From assembly GCA_002633005.1 (NCBI GenBank), contig NMRA01000403.1, positions 272,309-336,308 on the forward strand: DNA of 64,000 nt. Direction: 5' to 3'. Within the stretch, counting starts at the first letter, position 1. Each line of letters starts with the position of its first letter. Both the position numbers and the translations under genes were made by a program. This DNA comes from Phoronis australis. Taxonomy: Eukaryota > Animalia > Phoronida. This document shows positions 25,913-39,238 of the stretch, in pieces. The notes under the pieces were generated by a model. That model was not told the DNA's origin and ran no database searches. It saw nothing but the letters and a program-made list of their open reading frames with translations.

Positions 25913-27566
25913 CAGTGGCGGATCTAGGATATCACATGGGGGGGCAACATTTTGTCTGTAAACATATGCTCAAAGCACGAGAGTAGATGTGCATAGCACC
26001 GAACAGGGGGAGGTGGGGAGGGGGAAATTTTTCTTGTTTCTTCCTCTAAAAATCAAGCATTTTCCTTGATTCCCGAAGTACGGTCGTGAGTCCCCTAAAG
26101 TCGTGAACGATCTTATTTCCTCTTCTGCGCGGTCCCGCGACATCTAGCGTTGAGTTGAAGTTTCCAGCGTATGTCTGCTTACGAACGTCAAACGAATACT
26201 GGGACATGTTGATATTCGCAATTATGATAATAAACAGTGAGTGAGTGGCTTCTATTTTCAAATGTATCTTAAAAACAGCATATTTCACAAATCCACTTTT
26301 TTTGCGCATGTTCAGAATAAATTTTCGAAAATATACATCGTTCAGATTTGCTCAAACACGCTCTCCAGGGGTAGCTTGAACAAAGTATCAAAATGTCCCA
26401 TGGTAAACAAGTTTTGTAAAGCCAAAGCCATGAAATACAGATAATTGAAGCTGAGTTCTTAACGTTTTACTTAAACATACTCTTTGAAAACCTCTGTGCA
26501 CATCGGAATTGGGTGCAAAACATATAACAATTTATTTCAATTGAAACTGAATTAAAAAACAATACAATGCGTTTTTATGTCGTCTAGAGTAACTGTAAGC
26601 ACTGTAGTTGATTTGTGTGGCCTTACTTCGTGCATTTTGTGCTAAACGAAACGGTCACGACTTTAGGGCCTCATTCAAAATGGCCGGTGATATGAGCGGC
26701 CCTTTCAAAACTCTGCATACGGAGACAAACACGGGTTAAGACTGGAAAACACGTATATTTGTGAAGGCTGATACATGTCCATGACATCACAAGAGCAGTT
26801 GCTAACGGACATTAAGTAGTATGACAATCAGCTGCTTTTCATGCTTATATTCACGACTTTAGGTCACCGGAGTCTATTATCTAAGAAAAAAGGCAAAAAA
26901 AAACCACCTGGTGGACAGAGCGCGCGTGTTTTACCACTGCACCACCTACTTGTTTGTTGTCCATAGCGTTTGCGCGCGAAGCCTTCTTTTTTGATGCTTA
27001 TTACACGTTTTATATCTTGTGTAATCAATTCGTAACAAATTTGTTGTATTTAAAATAGTCTTCAATTGCCCGAAAGACCAAATCCGTTTTTTGTCTTGGC
27101 AATAATGACGTGTTGCTTTGGAAATCGTCTTAAGTTAAGGTTTGACGAAGAGAGAATTATGAGTTTCTGAGTGATTCACTAAGACTTCGATTAAAATTGA
27201 CATCTTACCAGCAGCTTCTGTTTTCCATCATCACTCATATTCCATTTTCTTTAAAAAATGAAGTAATTTTCTTCAATGCACAGTGAAGCAGACGACGGAA
27301 ACGGAATCGTAGTGCCCAGCGCCACTGCCGGTCGCCTGGGATATCGCGGGAGAGCCTATACTTAGCCATAGTTACGATTGCGCCGTGTTCCGATTTTGGC
27401 ACTGGATATTGTATTTGACCCCCCCCCGCCGTATAATTTTAATTACCGGTGTTAATTAATGAACTAAACATTTTTCTAAGCTGTTGCTGTTTTACTTTTT
27501 TGAGGCAGCCAAGGTGGGGGTGGGGAGGGGCGGCCTTCCTGCCCCCCGCCCCTAAATCCGCCTATG
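25913..27566. mobile_element. Non-autonomous DNA transposon copy B, with ~0.8 kb extra internal sequence (~26075-26880)
   Basis: Ends CAGTGGCGGATCTA and TAAATCCGCCTATG. 5-bp TSD acgac. Confidence 0.7.
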
Positions 27567-28626
27567 ACGACAGCTTAGTGCACGTACACGCATGCATTTG
27601 ACAACCTCACACGGAAATGGACCAAGTTTTACCGAACGAGCATGCTTACGGCAAAGATATACTATACAATAACCATAAAATCTTTGCTTACGGTACGAAC
27701 TGTTTCAATTGAATTAGAAATGAAGTTTGACTCTTCAAACTGACAGGCGTATCTGTGTGATGCAGCGTTCCTTTTGTACTCCCCCTGCCACTCTAAAACC
27801 GTGTGACGTATTTTCTCCAAGCGTCATAAGTACCGTCGCGGAGGGCCACATTCCTTGACTGTTGTGTGTACACATTGGCTCAACTAGATATGTTCTTTAT
27901 AAGCTCCGCGAGAGGGCGAAGTTACTGAGTTTGTTTGACATCGATGATTTCCAAGGTTGTAATGAGGATTAAACCACGGTGCATTCCGTAAAGCTAAACC
28001 GGCCTCCCGTTCATTAACGCTAGGACCTCGTTAAAGAGCAAGACTTCGCGAGATTACGTGAGATATTGCCGTGCATTTTAAATGAGAGCACGTGACTTTG
28101 ACTAGGTTTTAGCTAGGTCCTAGTGTAGGTCCTAGCGTCTACTGAACGCACGCCCGGTTTCTTGTGAGTCTGGCAAATTCGATACATGTATACAATCACG
28201 TCATCTCCGCCACTCGCGAGTATGTAGACGTTAAAGGACGAGCACCTGGAACGGGTGAAAAACGCGAGGTCTCTCAAACCTTCGCGAGACATCTTCGCGC
28301 TTTACAAATTTACAAATGGATTGGGTGACACTCACTTTCCTCGTGGGTGTCATAGATGAGAGCCTAGCCCTACATGTAGCTGGGGTAGGTATGTTCCTAA
28401 CTTAGACTCAAGAAATTCAAGGCCTAGAAAAAAGAAAATTTCGCGCCTGGATAGGCCTAGTGGTCCATAATTGCAAGCAAAGAACGTTTACCTTTTCTCG
28501 TAAATGTCTTGTATCTACTGAGCGCATTCCGGGTTTCTAAATGTTGTCGTCTTGAGCTCAGTCAGGTACTGACTAGGTATAAACAAGTACTTTTGAAAAC
28601 GCCTTGCATTACGGCGTTTTCCCGTT

Positions 28627-28785
28627 AATCCCAACTTGTTCGATTCTATAGCCCAACCGACAAGTTGGGAAGATCACCCCTGTAGCAAATATATTACACG
28701 TCTGATTATCTCCATTCTGGCATTTATGGTTGGAGGACCGGCTCTCTGTTGTTCGATAATTGCTCTAATCTCCGATCAGATCGTA
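28627..28785 (+). repeat. Interspersed repeat with hairpin, second copy inverted at 58927-59078 in CFAP77 intron 2
   Basis: Both copies share cccaacttgttcgattctatagcccaac...acaagttggg...ctccattctggcattta...taattgctctaatctcc. Confidence 0.8.
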
Positions 28786-29203
28786 TCTAGCCTGACTGGG
28801 CTGTGCTGCTAAAAATGAAAGTTAAGGTATAATATATTTCAACATAAATCAATTGCGTTTCTGAACTCTTTGTCAAATGCTTTTAGTTTTTGAATCATCA
28901 AAATCGCCCAACTACACTGTACAACAGAAGTTAAGACAATCCATTCTGCCAAGTTTCGGTAACCCTTTGAAGCCCTGGGAGATAATTGACCTGCTTATTG
29001 TCATACGGGACTGTGTTGGGAAGTTAACAAACTTGAAGGAGCCAGATGTTATCGCATGTTCAGGACCCCTCACGTCTGGAAAAGTTGCTGAACGACAGAA
29101 CGCCGTCATGTGAGTTTCTCAGTACACCCATGTCTAGTACTTTAAGTCCGAGCAGATATATTGCATGAGAAACATAAAAGGTTATCATCATACTATTGCA
29201 CGT

Positions 29204-29209
29204 TTTATT
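29204..29209 (-). promoter_or_regulatory. Candidate polyadenylation signal of BarH
   Basis: AATAAA on the minus strand about 450 nt past the stop codon. Confidence 0.4.
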
Positions 29210-29657
29210 TGCCATTATTTACAATTCCTCAATAGATGCACAGCGGTTCCATTAAATAATTTACTTAATTTACTTAAAGTTGCTGTGTTGTCAGCCTACT
29301 TACAAATCGACTGATGTATCCAGCACGTGGACACATCTGGTGGGAAGATGAAAATGTGAACACAAACCAGGCGTGACTGTGCATTCAATACAGGCAATAG
29401 CTTCTATGCCAGGAAACTTAATGCCTACACTTTCCCACGGAATGTGGTTGATTATAGCCTTTGCGCCAGAGACAGATGTTAACAATTTTCACATAGAGGG
29501 CGCAGTGATCGAGAGGTTTTTTCTCGGTGGGTTTATCGGAGTTGCATCGTAAGATACAAGTATCAAAATGCCACTACGGGGTTGCCGTGAAAACTTGTTG
29601 TCCACAACGTTATCACATTTAAACTGCGTTTAAACAAAACCGTTGTTATTCGTACGT

Positions 29658-29952
29658 CTATGTTTCCGTCGTGTAGGTACTGGACGGTGCCGACGTTGTT
29701 GACGGTAGGCCCATCGTCGGCAGGTATGTCGGCGGAATAAGTGACCGTGAAGTCGACGGGGACGGGGCAACTGCTGCGGTGGCGGCGGTCGCCCTTAGGT
29801 ACATGGCGTCGAGCGAACTGAGCAGTGTGGCCGCATGAGGATGGTAAGACATCCAGTAGGGGTTGTTCTGAAACATTCTCTGCACCGCCGCATAGTTGCC
29901 AGCCTCTGCCAGCAGTTCCAAGCCCACGGCAGTCTGGCGTTTCCATTTGGTC
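29658..29952 (-). CDS. BARHL: BarH-like exon 3 ([28 protein letters not shown]...YTTET*)
   Basis: ttttcag acceptor. Contains the BarH-specific C-terminal extension [14 protein letters not shown]. Stop at 29658-29660. Total protein 325 aa. Confidence 0.97.
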
Positions 29953-32143
29953 CTGAAAATTACGAGAACGCAAAAATTACGAAACATTTTTGTTAGTATT
30001 TCTTCGTCGCTGTATTGTTTCAATGACATACAATCTATATTTGGTATATTTTTCTTTCCGACTTGTGTTGTTGATGATAGGGTCCCTGGTATTGTTGTTA
30101 CTTTACGTCGTTCACAAGGCGTGTTTTTAACGTTGTCGTTGTTTTTGCTGTTACTGCTGTTGTTGTCGTTGTTGTTGTTTTTGTTATTCTTTATCAACAC
30201 GTGCTATTTTCTTAGAATATTAGTACCATTCATTTCTACGACCCGTGTTTTCTTTTTAATTCGTTGCCGGTCGTTGCTGTCCCACCATAGAAGAACAATT
30301 TTCCCTTCATTCAATCCTTCTCAGTCGCACACAACAATTTGGTAAAAATCCCGTTCTTTTACGAATACTTCAGGATTGTATTGTCTTTGTGTTGCTACCC
30401 CATCTGTAAGCTAATCACGTTTTAATGGAGTTTAGGCGTGCCCGGCTCCGCGTGAAGTGCATCAAAAAGTACACTAAAACATTGTATCTCATTAATGACT
30501 TAGTAAGTAACTTTCTCCGTTTACTATCTCATGAAAAAGTGCTGTAATTAAGTTATCTCAGCTCCATCTTAGGCTTTAGCCTAATGACGTTAGCAAGCAC
30601 GTGACACGTGATTCCCGCGAGTCCTTAGCAATAAATAACGAACTGTGACTAAAACGCTCAAATTATATACGTTAAGAAGTTAGTTTAGCGTCATTTGTTT
30701 AACAATGACTGCGCAATTAGTCAACTGCGCTGCGCGAGATAACAAGATTTGACGAGTTTATCAATGCCACGGTAAAGATTGACGATTATCACTTATCGAC
30801 TATTTACGCCTGGGTGATTTGTCACAACTCGGCAAGTCAGATGATCTTACGGCTGATTATATTACAACGAAACACTGTCTTAAAAGCATCTGCTTTGGCC
30901 CAAAAGGGAATCTGGCAATAATTTCGTTATAACACAAAATATGTCGTCGAAATTACGCAGCTCATTCGAAATGGAAATAAAGGCACAAAAGTAGCCGAAA
31001 TAGGAAGGAATCGTTGACGACATGATAGTCTTTTTTATTTTCTTGACAAATTCAGTTTCGGAATATCATAATTTGAACGTAAAACGTCACACAGTCTGTA
31101 CTGCTATTGCTATTGCTATCCACCGGTCTACAACTGTTTCAGTTATACTGGCACAATGACATGAACATATAAAAGATATTCTTTCCTGAAACGAAATCAG
31201 TTACAAAAAATTGAATTGAAAAATACTTTGCCAAACGATGCTTTTGCGACACTGAACCATTTTTCAAAATAAACAGAATTTTAACTTTAATTTTGAATTT
31301 CTGAAATCAACTGGAATCCCGTATCTATTTTTTTTCGCAAACACTCCATTGCATGATCAGAAAAATGACAGTTTTTCCGGCAAAAATGTGACCGCAATAT
31401 ATCATAAGAGGGTTTCCATACAAATCGAAATAGAGTTCCTGTAGAGGGCGCTCTCTATTAAAAGCCTTGAAATTAGCTTCACGCATGTGTAATGGAACGC
31501 CCAATCTCCCAGTGAATGGGTGATGAAAATAGGCAAAAAATCGCTGTGCTTTTCGTCTTGCTCGATTACTCAGGGTCTCTCTAAATACATGTCTCTAATA
31601 GAACTCGAGTTTGGCGGTCGTCGGAAATCAATAAACACTTGTGTGTGGCAGAAGATTGGCCGTAAAGCTTGTGAGATCACGTGTTAGTGATGCATGGCGA
31701 TATCTCGCCAGTGATCACGTGACGTTATCAAACTCGTTAGAAATGAGGGATCCGCTGTCTCATAAGAATCGATTTAGCCCACCCTCTACACAAGTATTTC
31801 AGAGAAAATACTTAAATACTACCTGAGCAAACGTGCAAAGTTTCTGAGAAATCACAACTGCTAGTTACTGAGATGCAATGCGCTGTCACATGGAACTGCT
31901 TGGCTGAACATTTATTCACCAATTGTGAAGTGGATGCGAAAAGTTTGTGTCTCACAAAACAGACTCGTACAGAATTTCACCGGGGCAAGAATCTCGCACT
32001 GGAAGCTAGTGGGATTACGTGCTTCGATTGGAGTACATTGCGATTGATCGCCAGTTCTTGCGTTTTCGCGAGATTCTCGCCTCTGCGCGCTACGCTCTAT
32101 GGGCTTACTGTGCATGAGAATGCTGCCCTGATGAAAAGTATCA

Positions 32144-32398
<255 letters not shown>

Positions 32399-33619
32399 TC
32401 AAAAATGGTTAAATTAACTGTTATTTTTCAAGGTTTAAAATTCAGTCATCAAGATATACTTCAATCCAAAGGTTGGACAATAACTACTAAATCACTCGAC
32501 CCATGCGGCAAGCTACACGAATGTTTGTTCGGTTAAAATTTGTAATTGTTTCTCGATTTTAATTTGTTTAAAACAAATCTTCTTCAAGTTCTCCATGTTT
32601 ACACTGGCAAACTTTCGCATTACATGATTGGGTCTGTTGATGGGCCAACATTTGGTTTGCTATCCTTTTTTGAGCTTCTATGGAAATGGTATCAACTGGT
32701 CTTGACTTGGATGAGAAGTGATTACTTCACTCGTAGTTGCTCGACTACATCATGCTCGGTACTTTATATATGAACCTTCGTGACAAGCCAACTTTCTGAG
32801 CCTCTGGTTTCAAGCGCAGCTGATAAACTGTCAGTTCCCTTCAACTGCCATGAATCACCTCTTGTTTGAACCAGCCTCGTGCCTAAGCCTTTATGGTGGC
32901 GCTGATCGCTTTCTTGAAGCTTAGGGGTGAGGCTGTTGTTTGAACAAGCTGAAACCAATTTTTTTATGGTGCAGTGTAGGCGGTCTGAACGGAAAATATT
33001 TTTAACGAATAAATTGGAAATGAAACTGGTATTCGATGCGCTTTTAAATTTATTGTTATCGGTTGTTGGAAATGACGACTGATGTTTTTGATAAATAGCA
33101 TTAATTATATTATTGTTATTATAATTGTTATTGTTATTCGTTGTAATTATTATTGTTACCAGTGCTGTAGTTGGGAGTAGGCGCACGTAAGCGCAGCCAA
33201 TGAGGTAAATATAACTATGTATATAGCTCGTTCGGCGCAGCCAATCATCTTTTTGCATTATGTAATTAGAGACTCTTCATTGCAGTACAGCGGAATGTGA
33301 ACGAGGATTTAGCGAAATGAATCGAATAGTCAACAGAAGATCGAAGGACCCGAGGACACACCACACGGACGACTACAACGCTGCCAGCATATCGTTTCTG
33401 GGCGTTAAGCGCCTATTTTCCTATATAATATTGTTTTGGGCCCCCTTCCTATATGTGTGGTTCGGCCCCTTTCTGCGACATCCTAGATTCGCCATTGCAG
33501 ACTCGAAGTACAGACCCACTCGTGAGTCAAAAGTGCCGACATGTTTGCGAATTTTTTTGCAAATTCAATGCACGGTGGGCTTTGGGTGCCTACTTACCTC
33601 TAATTTTACCACTACAGCA

Positions 33620-33966
33620 CTGATTGTTATCATTATAATTGTTATTATATTGACATTACCATAATCATTACCATTGTCAATCATTATTTATTAATGGTGG
33701 TTGTGGTGGTAACAAAATATTATTATCATTATTATTATCTTTGTAATTATTATTAATATTATTATTATTTATTATTATTATTGCTGTTGTTATTATTGTT
33801 TTTATTATTCTTATATTGTATATATTACCACCCCAACAAAATAATAATCATTATTATTATACTGTAAGTATTACCACCCAAACTGGATAATAATAATAAT
33901 TATTATTATATAATAACTATTACCACCCCAACTATATAATGATCACAACAACAACAACAATAATGG

Positions 33967-34008
<42 letters not shown>

Positions 34009-34075
34009 CAATAATAATAATAATAATAACAATAATAATAGCAGCATTATCAATAATGATTCTAATGTTGTAATC
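33620..34075. repeat. Compound (ATT)n then (AAT)n microsatellite in BarH intron 1
   Basis: Trinucleotide runs of opposite polarity. Confidence 0.9.
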
Positions 34076-37000
34076 AACAATTGTATAATGAGTATTGGTC
34101 ATAGATGTTGATTCGTAATAAAATAAAATTGCTTTGCTCTTAAATTATATTTTATTTTTTCTATCTTGTTATGTTTCGCATTTGAACTTTGGGCACCTGT
34201 TTGTCTGATTGCTTTGTCTGCTTACCTCTTTGCGGGATTTTAGCTTTTTAAAACTATTTTGATATATTTATTTATTTTGTCGGCTTAAATCACTCTTTGA
34301 GTTTTTGTTTTATAATTTTCAATAGTAGTCAACACTTAGTTAGCATTCTTTTGTAATTCATAAAAATCACAAGGGTATTCTACTAGCAAAAGCTTCACAA
34401 GAACTTCGTTCCTACCGTGGCCGCCCCGCCAGACAACACCTGGTTTCGATAACAAAGTTCGGCTATTTGTTAAAATATTTATTCAACTGTACAGTGGCGC
34501 TTAACTTTCTATTAAATTAAACGATATCGCTTATGAAGTCACACTACGCCAGCTTCGCAACGTCAAAGGAGACCGAAGAAATGACCTCTTTGTCGTTAAA
34601 CAAACAAATAAAGTTAATATTCATCATGGAATGGATACTAGTATGAATGGAACCAAAGGTTAGCGCCTGTTTTTGTATTCGCTAAGACAATCTTCGTTAC
34701 AGTATCATTCTGTTGTTTTTTCACGTTAAACGTGTAGCCTTTCAGTTAGGAAACAAAACCCCAATTTCACGGATGTTTCGCAAGTGACTGCACCCGTCTC
34801 CAAACGGTCACGTGGTTCTTGTAGCATGGACGTTACAGCGCCCTGCCGCGCAAGCTGCTAATCTAAACAATTGTTTTAAGATCATTCAAATTCATTGCTC
34901 CGAATAATTAAAAGACTCGCTTTTTAGCAGCGATGCTGGTCGCGTGTTCTGTTGAACACAATACAAGGATACTGAATGTTTTTATTTTGTGGTTTTATTG
35001 TTTCCGCCAGAAAATTGGAATTGCAACAAGTCAGCTGTTCTGTGCATGGCTCAACAAGATAAATTGCCCGGCAAAAGTGTGTTATACCATTGGGTGCCGT
35101 ATGAATTCAAGCTCACACTCAGAGGCCATTTCGAGGAAATGACCTCCAGCGGTAATAAAAATGAACAAGGCTAAAGCTTGTAAATATCGTCAGATGATCG
35201 AATCTATGTAGTGCAGTAGGTGCCTATACCGTAAACAGAGTACAATCGCGAAAACGCAGTCTTGCAACTCTTCGCTAGATATCGCCATGCATGGTAAGCA
35301 AGGGACGTAATTCCTATCTAGAGCTTTACTTGCGTGATTCTTTGTGTCTACGGAAATCAATCCAGGTTGACTTGAAGCAGAAAACATTATCTGTGGCTGT
35401 TTCTACAACATTGCATAGTTACATTTTGGTAGAAGGTTTCACTTCCGCATCGTCTACTCACAAATGGTTCTTTAGAAATCCTACAATTTTGTGACGACTT
35501 AGTTTATGCCGTAGGGTATATTTCTCCTAGCAGAAATTGACCTCGATACTGCGATTGTAAAACTCAGTGCCAAACCTGACTGCGGGACATGAATCTTTGA
35601 AAAGCGATGCACATCTTCTTCCACAAGATGTCGCCCCATACAATGAAGCGCACATTATTCTCATGTCCACTTACTTCGTGGCCTATCGTGTGGTGATATT
35701 TGTTGAATCAAAGTCATTATAGACCATGTTTCCTTGATCAAAACGTCAACGGTCTTTACAGACGCGTTCTGTTCTTCCAAACCAACGCCAGTTTGAGTGC
35801 GTTGTTGTCTGTTTTTTTAAATTGTAATTGGTGACAATAGATCGTCTTCAAATCCCGTGTAGGCTTAACTTTGTCTTGACGAACAAGCCGCTATAAAAAA
35901 ACTTAATGGGTTTTGTTTTGATTACTAACTACCCGGTAGTTCGTCCTAAGTCTAAAAATATTTCGAATCTTAGTTAGAAAAACGATTTATTAACGAATGA
36001 GTACCAAAAAAGAAGCATAGCGTGGTTTCATTAGACCCTTAACGACTCGTATTTTGTTTAAGTTATTCAAAATTAAGATGCTGTAAATTAAAATCTTGAC
36101 ACTCAGTAGAGAAAGTACATTAGAGTATTTGTCACTAGGGGAGACAATGATGCTTTTTGATTTTAAATCGAGAGCCTGAGTTATATTCTGAATGCTAAAA
36201 AAACTCACGTGCATGCAGACCAGCTAAGATTTAATTTCCCGTGAAAGGTATTGGTTGTCACAGCGTGAAAACCAATACTGCGCACTTGAATTCATGATTA
36301 TTGGAGATCTTAAAAATTCCACAACAAAGCGCAACGTAACCTCGCTACACGTGATTAGTTGTGACATAAACATTACCGTAATTGTGTTCAATGGATTAGC
36401 AGTCACTGAATTAAACAGAAATTACAGTTATTCTAATTGTCTAATAATAATCACACTAGGAGATTTTACGGATAGTATTTAAGACACGAATTTGGACTAT
36501 TATAAGTTAGAATTGTTAGTCTCTTACAGGCCATATGCTAGTCACATCACGTGACCAAGTCTGAAAAGAGCTCTAACACGAGACTTTCTTCTCACCGTGC
36601 AGACGCTCTAATCCGTTAGCTAAAAAGAGTAACAATTCTTGCCATATAAACGTGTTGGTTTATAACAGCACATTTATTATTTGGACTATTAATATCTGTT
36701 CTTTCTTACTGTGTCTATTTGAACAGCTTGTTGTAGCTGCTCATCTATTTGTAACTAAAGACTATACATCCGGGAAGTTAAAATGACATGACACTTCACT
36801 TCAATGTATTATGCGACGAGGTCAAGAAATTAAAGGATTTGTTCAAACTTCAAAACCCTAAGAAAAATTGTTTCCTGAAATGACATTACTTCAATCCAGC
36901 ACCCTGGTTGGCTATGGGATAACCTTGATAAAGCACGTGATCTCCAAACGCGAGCCATCGAAAATGCAACTACAAGTAGGAAACGGGAGCACTCGTGTAA

Positions 37001-37651
37001 TTATTCATTTGAAAGGTTAACAATTATCGTTATAGGTACAGTACATTGCATTGCAATGAATGAGTCTTATAGCCGGAAGACTTTAGGAATTCAAATAACT
37101 GCCAAATCTCGTTGAGTTACGTGTGCATTCACCTGTGTCGAGAACTTGGGATAAATTTCGACCTTAACCAATTTATTTTAGAAATAATTGTATCAGGTAT
37201 ATATAAGTATACAAAAGTACCATGTCCGCAACCGCGTAAATATGGCAATTTAATAAAAACCTGAAACAAGAATGTAAACTTTCTGTAACTGGTGGAGATT
37301 GTTCAGTCTCAGTCAAATACCATTCTTATGTAGACATTTTCTATTCGGATTTTTAGTGAAGGCGTGTCTCGGCAAAACGTGACACAATTTGGACCCAGAA
37401 ATATGAATAGACATACCGTCACACTAAATCCAAAACGTCAAAATGACGTCATGTTAAGCATTCTTATTTAAAGTGGCTGTTAACTTGTGTCCCGTTCAAG
37501 TATCGAACTTTTGTTTCAGTCCATATCTGATATAAAATAGGTCTCAACTTGTTTCTTACTAAGATAAAAAACAACAAGGCTTGCAAAAAAGAACTGAGGT
37601 GGTGTTTATCGCATCATTCGTCACACCGTGACAAGCCAACTTATAGAGCTG

Positions 37652-37893
37652 GAGCCCGTTCCAACAAAACTAACTTAGCTAAGGCAAATCTTAAATTTTA
37701 GTAAATTTTAAAATAAAAGTTAAATTTGTCTCAAAACCAATTCAAGAAAGAGATCTTAAGTTTGACTTAAGGTTTTGACATAAATTTTGTCGTAATTTTG
37801 ACTACCTTACCGAAAGTGGAAGTTTGGAAGTTAAGACAAATCTGAAACTTATAAGTCAAAAATGAACTTAAGTCAGTTTCTTGGAACAGGTCC
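37652..37893. mobile_element. PIF/Harbinger-like MITE
   Basis: Imperfect TIRs gagcccgttccaa and ttggaacaggtcc with a 3-bp ctg TSD. A similar element lies at about 50044-50181. Confidence 0.55.
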
Positions 37894-38778
37894 CTGGTCT
37901 CGATCAAATGTTAGTTTTTCCAAGCACTGAAATAAACAACGCCTTGTTCAAAAAAGAAAAGGACCATTTTCATAACAGTAAGTGGTTTCAACCAAAACTG
38001 ATTTTGTGAAGGAAATTGGGTTTTATTCCGTCTTTAGTTTGTTATGCTTTTTTTTCGTTTTTTGAAAATATATTTTAATTAAAGAGGAACCCAAATCGAT
38101 GTCAAAGCATTGCGTGAGTACCCGGATGCCAGTACTGAAACGGCAGGACAAGGCATCGAGTTCCATTAAACTTATTCGATGTGTTTACACAGAAATACAA
38201 TCTTGTGATCAACACATACAAAATTATTAAGCTTTTGAGTGCGATACGTGGAAAGGATTAGTTTTAAATGACATGTGATAGCCAGAGTGTACTGGGAAAC
38301 CTGAAAAATGTTGATAAAAAACACATTCTATTGAATGAAGCCTTTGAACTACGGGGAACGATAATTAAATGTAAAAGTTAAACGCGGTAAACGATATTTC
38401 GTTTATCGGCGTTGATTTGTATGTCATCGCTATAAATGTAGGATACGACGTTTTAATAACCAGGGGAAGCGACAAATAGAGCTTCGAATCATACAAGTGC
38501 ATTAATAAAATTGGAATAGATCTAAATTTGAAGAGAATGGAGTCAACGAAAGACGATATTTGAAAGACAAAATTTAAATCGTTAATTTATTGTGCTAGCA
38601 GAATGTTGCAAAATGTCAACTGGAACATATAAGTATTTTACGATTCTTTGCCTTTCAACTCTCTCGATAGTCTATGGTGTGCTGATTTGAATGTAGAGGG
38701 GCTAAAAGTTACCGTGGTTACGTTTTCGCTGAGCCAAGTGATACATGCATTTACACATGCACGAAACGAAAATCCTAC

Positions 38779-39238
38779 CTTCGTCCTCGTCTTCACTATC
38801 GCATATTCTCCTCTTAAATCCAGTTCCGGAGAGATTTGTACCCAGGCCCGCGGCAAACCACTGTGATGGATCTGTCGTCAAATTGTGCCTTATGATCGTC
38901 TGCACTTTGTAAGCCATCGTGGGATCAAACGCAGAACGCGTTGGGCTGAACCCTTGTCGTCTATCGTTCAAACTGTCATGACGCCTTGGACTCGAGGCCC
39001 TTCGCTTATCACTCAAAATGTCTGTTATCAAGAAAGTTGGTCTTGGAACCTGGATGGGATTAGGCCTGATGATGTCGTGGGCTCCTTTTTCCAATTTCGC
39101 GTACCCTTTACTATTGTCTTCATGTTTTTCACTATCCGTGTCCGTGTCCAATTTAATGTTCAACCGTTCTAACGTATTGGCTTCGTTTTTCTTGTCGTCT
39201 TCGCGAGCCGTTTTCAACAACTCGCCGTGTGCCGTCAT
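38779..39238 (-). CDS. BARHL: BarH-like homeobox gene, coding exon 1 with FIL/eh1 motif (TFLITDILS)
   Basis: Open frame from ATG 39238 with an eh1/FIL repressor motif. G|gtagga donor in phase 1 is compatible with the homeobox exon. Confidence 0.85.

Noticed and set aside
29953-30345. N-terminal extension of ORF 29658-30200 and antisense ORF 29896-30345
   Set aside because: Intronic (TTG)n low complexity. The real exon begins at the acceptor at 29952.
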